Source of the DNA: Neodothiora populina | Taxonomy: Eukaryota | NCBI RefSeq assembly: GCF_041146345.1 | Contig: NW_027191414.1 | Span: 248,001 to 312,000, forward strand | DNA: 64,000 nucleotides | Reading direction: 5' to 3' | Shown here: one piece after another, positions 58,010 through 64,000 of the stretch | Layout of the letters: each line of letters starts with the position of its first letter | How positions within the stretch are numbered: the first letter of the stretch is position 1 | Program-made: the position numbers and the translations under genes | Notes under the pieces: generated by a model | Database searches by the model: none | What the model saw: only the letters and a program-made list of their open reading frames with translations | What the model was told of the DNA's origin: nothing

Positions 58010-59020
58010 TTTGAGTCGTTTGACTCGGTGGGGACAATGCTTACAATACGACTCTATCATAGCGGACTGACTATGATGGGTCAAGGAGTTTTGACAAAGG
58101 AGGAAAGGACTGCATAGCATAGGGAGCAAGGCGTTCTCATCGGAGGTGGTTAGAGCTACATATTCGAGACGAGAGTGGTGTGACTACAGGTATTCTGTGA
58201 CATCAAAGAAGAAGTAAATAGTCGACGTCTAGTCCAGCTGCACACATTCTCGGCTTTACGCAATGCGACGACTGTCTGATATTACCAACGTGTGAATAAC
58301 AGGAGGACAAAGCTGAGGTACTCCGTATTCGATGAGCATTGCTATCTGGGGCATGTTGATCATGATTCACAGCGAGGGTGCCTGCCCGATTTCGGACAAG
58401 CCTGAATCGTCCACAGCTGCTGGTGAACGAGCGTCATCCCGGTTGATAGCTCTCAACAAGATGTGTATGATATCTGTCACTACTGAATGCAATGTAGACG
58501 CGCTCACGTCGATCCAGCAGCACGCACCAGCATGAGAAGGTGTGGAGCAAGGGGAGCAATCTCCGCGCGAATGTCTGTGAGACATCATAGGATGTTGTAA
58601 GAGAGCGGCGCGGGCGATAAGATAAGCCAGATGCGTTCTATGACGCGCGCAGGTCCAGATGCACTATTGGCCAATCACAGGGCGGCAAATCTTCGTAGCT
58701 TTCGCGAACTCCGGGAACAGCTTTTACGAAGTTAAGGTACCTTAGCGTTGCTTTTTTTTCCCGTCACCAAGCTGACGGACGCCGAGACCGCTGGGGGTTT
58801 GGCGAAGAGATTCGCAAAGATTAGCACAGATGACCCACCGAGCGTCGGCGCTCTTGGTTTGGTTGTAGCTCACCGCGGCGGGCTAGAATGACTGGCGCGC
58901 AAAAGCTCTTCCTCTCTCTCCTTCATCGCCTTCGCTTCACTTTACTTCTGATCTGTAACCACTTACACCTTAGTTCAACAAAACACCGGAACTGCCTGCT
59001 CGCGGGTTCATTTTGCCCTT

Positions 59021-59264
59021 ATGCGGACTGCTCCCTCAACCTTTACTTCTCAAGGTATGTTGCTACTCCAGGTTTCCTTTTCTTCTTCCACGTGAGGCTG
59101 CTATAAAGCTACAAGTGCAAGCGCCCTTGTACAGAGCTTGGAGCATACTGCTTTCATTCCACTCCCTCGATACATATAATCAATATAAGCAATAAATGAA
59201 TAGATGATTGACATATATCATAGATTACATCAGTGACCATCTCTGGAAGGCCAACGTGAACTGA
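59021..59264 (+). CDS. Arginine attenuator peptide (AAP) uORF, 24 aa, split by an intron
   Basis: Exon 59021-59054 plus exon 59224-59264 (intron GTATGT..TTGAC..ATAG) gives MRTAPSTFTSQDYISDHLWKANVN*. This matches the AAP core F-T-S-Q-D-Y-x-S-D-H-L-W and ends 70 nt upstream of the CPS small-subunit ATG. Confidence 0.95.
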
Positions 59265-59333
59265 AAGCGTGTCATCCAATAATCAAGCTTTTAACCAACC
59301 AACCCCAACCCAAACATTATTACCACCTTCAAA

Positions 59334-60860
59334 ATGATGCCCAGCCTGTTCAAAGCCTCGATGAGGCCCACCTCCAACTTTGCCAAAGCAGTCCGTTTCG
59401 GTCTGCAGGTCAGAGGAAAGGCATCCGTCGTTGCCGGTACCGAGCGAGCTGCTCCTCTCAGGAACATCCGTTCTACCAAGCCTTCGTTTGAGCGTGCCAC
59501 CCTCACCATCAGAGTAAGCCACTCCAGTTCATCCAACCCATTGAAGTATTGATGACTGATCGATATTTACAGGATGGTCCAATCTACCACGGAAAGAGCT
59601 TCGGCGCCAAAGCCAACATTTCTGGAGAAGCTGGTATGACTCACGCGTCACGGACAAGTGATACGTGTGGTTTTCCGTTGCTGACATGTTGCAGTCTTCA
59701 CCACCTCTCTTGTTGGATATCCCGAGTCTATGACCGACCCTTCATACCGTGGACAGATTCTCGTCTTCACCCAGCCATTGATTGGAAACTACGGTGTTCC
59801 CTCCTCGGTCAAGGATGAGTATGGACTGCTCAAGTACTTCGAATCCCCCAACATCCAAGCCGCCGGTATCGTTGTGGCCGATGCAGCTTTGCAATACAGC
59901 CATTGGACCGCTGTCGAGAGTTTAAGCGAATGGTGCGCCCGTGAGGGTGTTCCTGCCATTTCTGGTGTCGACACCCGTGCCATCGTCACCTACCTCCGTG
60001 AGCAAGGATCTTCACTTGGCAAGATTGTCGTTGGAGAGGAGTACGACGCCGACGAGGACGAGGCTTTCGAGGACCCAGCCAACATCAACCTTGTACGCAA
60101 GGTCTCTACCAAGGCACCATGGCACATTCCCTCCCCCGAGGGTGACATGCATGTCGCTCTCATCGATTGCGGTGTAAAGGAGAACATTCTCCGATCGCTT
60201 GTTTCTCGTGGTGCATCGGTCACCTGCCTGCCATATGACTACCCTATCCACAAGATCGCCAACCACTTTGACGGTGTCTTCATCTCCAACGGTCCTGGTG
60301 ACCCAACCCACTGCCGCGCCACCAGCGACAACCTCCGTAAGCTCATGGACACCTCTCAGGTTCCCGTTATGGGCATCTGTCTTGGTCACCAGCTCCTCGC
60401 CATTGCCATCGGAGCCGGCACTATCAAGATGAAGTACGGTAACCGGGCCCACAACATCCCCGCTCTGGACTTGAGCACTGGCAAGTGCCACATCACTTCG
60501 CAGAACCACGGCTACGCTGTTGATGCCACAACCATCCCCTCCGACTTCAAGGAGTACTTTGTCAACCTCAACGATTCATCCAATGAGGGCATGATCCACA
60601 AGCACAGACCTATCTTCAGCACGCAATTCCACCCCGAGGCCAAGGGCGGCCCACTCGACTCCAGCTATCTGTTTGATGCCTACATTGACAGCGTCAGACA
60701 GTACAAGAAGACCCAGGATGCTCTGAACCCCAACAAGAGCAATCGACCCAACCCACTTCTTGTTGATTTGTTGCCCAAGGAGCGCGTCGGTGTCGATGCT
60801 CCCGGAACTCCTCACTACGAGCACTCGGAGGCTGTAGTCGGTGCCGCCGCAGCTGCGTAG
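59334..60860 (+). CDS. CPA1: Carbamoyl-phosphate synthase, arginine-specific, small (glutaminase) subunit with mitochondrial presequence
   Basis: Exons 59334-59513, 59573-59633 and 59695-60860. Motifs [50 protein letters not shown] and QFHPEA. The N-terminus is Arg/Ser-rich and poor in acidic residues. Confidence 0.97.
59636..59644 (+). promoter_or_regulatory. Gcn4/CpcA/CPC-1 consensus site (TGACTCA) inside an intron of CPA1/arg-2
   Basis: G|GTATGACTCACG: TGACTCA lies at 59637-59643 and overlaps the donor of the intron starting at 59634. Confidence 0.55.
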
Positions 60861-61551
60861 ATGAAACCCTTTAAAACGGGCCATGATGAGTGAGATTGAG
60901 AAGTCTTTACGGCGGACGTACATTCATTTGGTAGCGGGTTCCTTGTTTTCTTCCCTTTTTGACCCATCAATTCTATGGTATAGCAAAAAAAAAGAACTGC
61001 TGTTTAACATGCTGTCAACGTTTCTTACTACAATAACAAACTCTTGCAACGACCGTTTTCCACGCCGAAGGGCACTTCGATCTGTAACAGCGTGAGGGCC
61101 AGGTATCGCAATCTTGTGGAACATGCGACGCAGAAATAGCGCCTTTGCCTTGATATCTTGTGTGTGAAAGTTGAATATGAATATGTCACGCCAAATCCAA
61201 CGTCTGAAATCCTACAACGTGCATTTAATGTCCTTACTCACGGTCTTGACTCGGGACTTTGGATGTAGACGGATCGCGGCTTCGACATCCTCATCCTAAC
61301 CAGAAGCTAAGTCCGTGGTTGCGAAAACTGCATGTCTTCCCTTCCTCAGCTTGCCTCGAGGACTTGTTCTACCTCCACGTCTACCACTCGATTTTCGGTC
61401 TTGCCCCTGTTTGGCATGGTGTAGAGAATCGTAAGGACCATAATCTAAAAGAGGACACAGGAGACCTGACTAATGAGCACATCAGTGCCCACGGCTCGAA
61501 CTCTGTGATATCCACAAATCCGTTTTTGCACAAGGAGAGATCCCCGACAAA

Positions 61552-61956
61552 ATGAGCTCCACAACAATAGCTGTACTAGCAACACGCCTGCTTCTTACCA
61601 CTCTCTGCATCTCAACAGGCATAGCGACGATGGCACTCCAAACACGGCAGACTCACTCGCCGAAGACCGTAATGACAAGCATAGCCCCGACGCTTCGTCC
61701 AGCTGTCGCGATGAGCTTCGCGGCTGTCCTCTTTACCTCTATGGAATTGCAGATGCCTCTGTCGAGCGTCATCGACGCGCTCACTCGGCCCTGGTGGGAT
61801 GATGTAGAGAGGATCGATGGGGCAATCGGAGGGTTCAGGGAGCGAAAGCTGCTGGCTTGGGGGGGTTTGTTTTTGGTCTATTGGTGGGCGTTCTGTGAGG
61901 GGGTGGGGGTGGCTTATCGGTCCACTGGTAAGAAAAGCAAGGAGAAGAAAGTGTGA
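61552..61956 (+). CDS. Small hypothetical membrane protein (134 aa)
   Basis: ATG in a CAAAATG context, three hydrophobic stretches and a basic C-terminus KKSKEKKV. No family recognised. Confidence 0.5.
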   Translation: MSSTTIAVLATRLLLTTLCISTGIATMALQTRQTHSPKTVMTSIAPTLRPAVAMSFAAVLFTSMELQMPLSSVIDALTRPWWDDVERIDGAIGGFRERKLLAWGGLFLVYWWAFCEGVGVAYRSTGKKSKEKKV

Positions 61957-63608
61957 AATATACACAGCTATGTAATTCAAGATACTGGATTTCGTTGTTT
62001 TTGTTGTGATCAAATCGTTGCGTTCAACATGACTGCATCTGAAATATGCCTTTGATTACTCTGCAATACCTAGGTACAGTATAGAGCTGCATGTCACGGC
62101 GATGTCTCGGTACACTCTCTCGTAGAAGCAGTCTGCACAAGCAGCATCTGATATCGCCCAATCTCTTCAGCCCTAATCATGAAATAGCATTCCCAATGCG
62201 CAATAAGAATGAGAGTTGAGGCGCTTCTCGAAACCGGCAAGAAACCTCCCCTTGGACGCAGGACTGGAACACAAGCTCCAGGGCTGTGACATGAAACGCT
62301 AGGCCGCTCATCTACATATGCGATACGCAAGCCACAGAGTCATCGCAGTGACTTTTGTACTGCTCCCCTGACGCAGTTCTTTTGATCGACAAGAAGTGCC
62401 ACTTGTGATGTCGAATACCCGTATTCGTGGGCTGCATTTCGAGTCTAGTCATCTCTTCTCATCTGCATAATTCACAGAAGAGCTGCTACGAGTACATGCC
62501 AAAGAGGATCGGCACAAAGGGGCGCCAGGGACGATGCACTAGATACCAAGTCACACGTCAGGGAAAATTCGGCGTCAAGCGAGTGGCCACCTGCATGCGG
62601 TAGAGGGAAAGAAAAAAGCTTACCCCGCGTTTACGCCATCGTTTAGCCCCTGCCAAGGGACCAATTGAGACTCGAGGAAGGGTGTCGCAAGGCACTTGTA
62701 GTGTACGGTAAAGTAGTCTGTATGATGAGTGGTTGGGTATTTACTGGCTGTAACAGTCTGGAAAGGCAAATGCAGAAGTGCTGGAACAGAAAGACACGAT
62801 ACGAGAAGGCTGTAGCTTGCCGGACGCGCGACTAAAACTCATAGCTCGCCGTTCGTCTGCAAGATCTCCTGTACCACCTTGACCGAATTGCTGCCTTATT
62901 CAGACTGAGCGCATCGTTGTCCTCGTTGTTGATTTGAGCCCTGTTTCTTAGCACTGACCCTCACTTTGACTGACATTGTCTGAACGTCTCTTTCATCTCC
63001 CAGTCAGGCCCCGCTCTCTCTTTCGATTGAAGCTCGCATTGTTCTTCCCTGATCCTCAGACTTGCGCTCGCTTCCGGTCAAAGTCGGAATCCTTTTCTGG
63101 TGTCGGCGCAGCCTTCTCTTTTTCTATCACTGTGGATACTCTGACCCGGAGTTACGTATCCATATCCACGCTTACTAGCACAGCCATCCTAGGAAACCAT
63201 TTCGGACAGCAGCAGCATCACGTAACTGCTGAATTGGTGCTTGCGCCTCCGCACTTTCTTGTTCTTGTAAACACCGCCTGCTTCACCGGGACTATTTTTG
63301 GGCTTTACTAGGAAACAGCGTCAGCAAAACATAATCGACCAACACTCGTGAATAATCACAATACAAACGTACTGTAGTCTCGCAGACGAAAGAGGAGAAC
63401 TCCGACTTGGACTTATTGGAACCGGAAACCCTTGACGTCCTGTCAGAGACCGGCCCCTAGGCAGAGAGCGCTGGACAAGGATATCAACATCACTCTCGTT
63501 TGCGCCACTACCGAACAAGAGTCGCATGTCGCCGTGACGGAAGAGAGAGCAAGAAGAATACTCGGGTCTATTGAGTTGGGAGGGCCGGTGTGATAATCTC
63601 CACACGTG

Positions 63609-64000
63609 ATGCCGTTCTGCAATACCACAACCACCGAGACCAAGAGTACGTTCTAGACATGGACGGTGGCAGCGGAAGATTACCTTTTGCGCTGCAAAGT
63701 GAAACAACCCATGATGAATGTATTCTGACTATATTTGCCGTGTTGCAGTCGAAGAGACGCCCCTCTTTGGGCATGTCCAATTCCATCATGTTGGTCTCAT
63801 CATCTCCGCCTTGTTCGCCCTCATCTCCGTTATAATCGCCTTCTTCCTCATGCAGAAGCATGCCACTCATTACTCCAAGCCAAATGAACAGAGACAGTAT
63901 GTGTGCACCTCTGATCTACTCTCTAAGCGCCCGCTTTTCTCTCTTGTGTACTGATTACCTTCGCTTTCACAGCATCATCCGCATCATCCTTATGTTGCCT
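63609..64000 (+). CDS. TMEM184/OST-alpha (DUF300) family transporter, 5' part (truncated by window end)
   Basis: MPFCNTTTTETK/IEETPLFGHVQFHHVGLIISALFALISVIIAFFLMQKHATHYSKPNEQR/HIIRIILMLP with two GT-AG introns. Confidence 0.85.

Noticed and set aside
58888..59106. 72-aa ORF overlapping the AAP first exon
   Set aside because: It is out of frame with the AAP, starts before the CT-rich probable transcription-start zone, and runs into the intron.
31081..60860. Link between tRNA-Arg and the arginine-regulated CPA1 locus
   Set aside because: They are 28 kb apart with many unrelated genes between them, and no mechanism is visible.
1..64000. Intact transposon, rRNA, telomeric repeat or TPP riboswitch
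   Set aside because: No transposase, RT or integrase motifs, terminal repeats, TTAGGG arrays or riboswitch consensus were recognised by eye. A covariance-model scan was not possible.

Overview
Gene-dense nuclear DNA from a filamentous ascomycete (Pezizomycotina; Dothideomycete-like by impression only), with short GT-AG introns and CTRAY branch points. About 20 intact protein genes can be assembled by hand. They encode two F-box-type proteins, the Vps64/Far9 FHA protein, Mgr2/Romo1, Ubp3, PAT-complex Asterix, Mediator Med12/Srb8, a Fen2/Liz1-type MFS permease, a PNPOx-like FMN-binding protein, an Rgd1-type F-BAR RhoGAP, a WHPDK-motif protein, a DHA2 MFS pump, SAGA Sgf73, a GH47 alpha-1,2-mannosidase, ISWI-complex Itc1, the arginine-specific CPS small subunit (arg-2/CPA1), a truncated TMEM184/OST-alpha protein and several hypotheticals. 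There is one tRNA-Arg(CCU). The main elements missed by the ORF track are: an intron-split 24-codon arginine attenuator peptide uORF ahead of arg-2/CPA1, with a TGACTCA site fused to an intron donor in that gene; an RPA12 copy with several disabling lesions; two degenerate phased arrays (22-bp period at ~30.4 kb; 43-48-bp period at ~36.6 kb); two candidate decayed or cryptic genes; and uORFs abutting the MED12 start. No intact transposon and no CRISPR-Cas system were seen. All calls are by eye and by recall of protein families; no searches were run.
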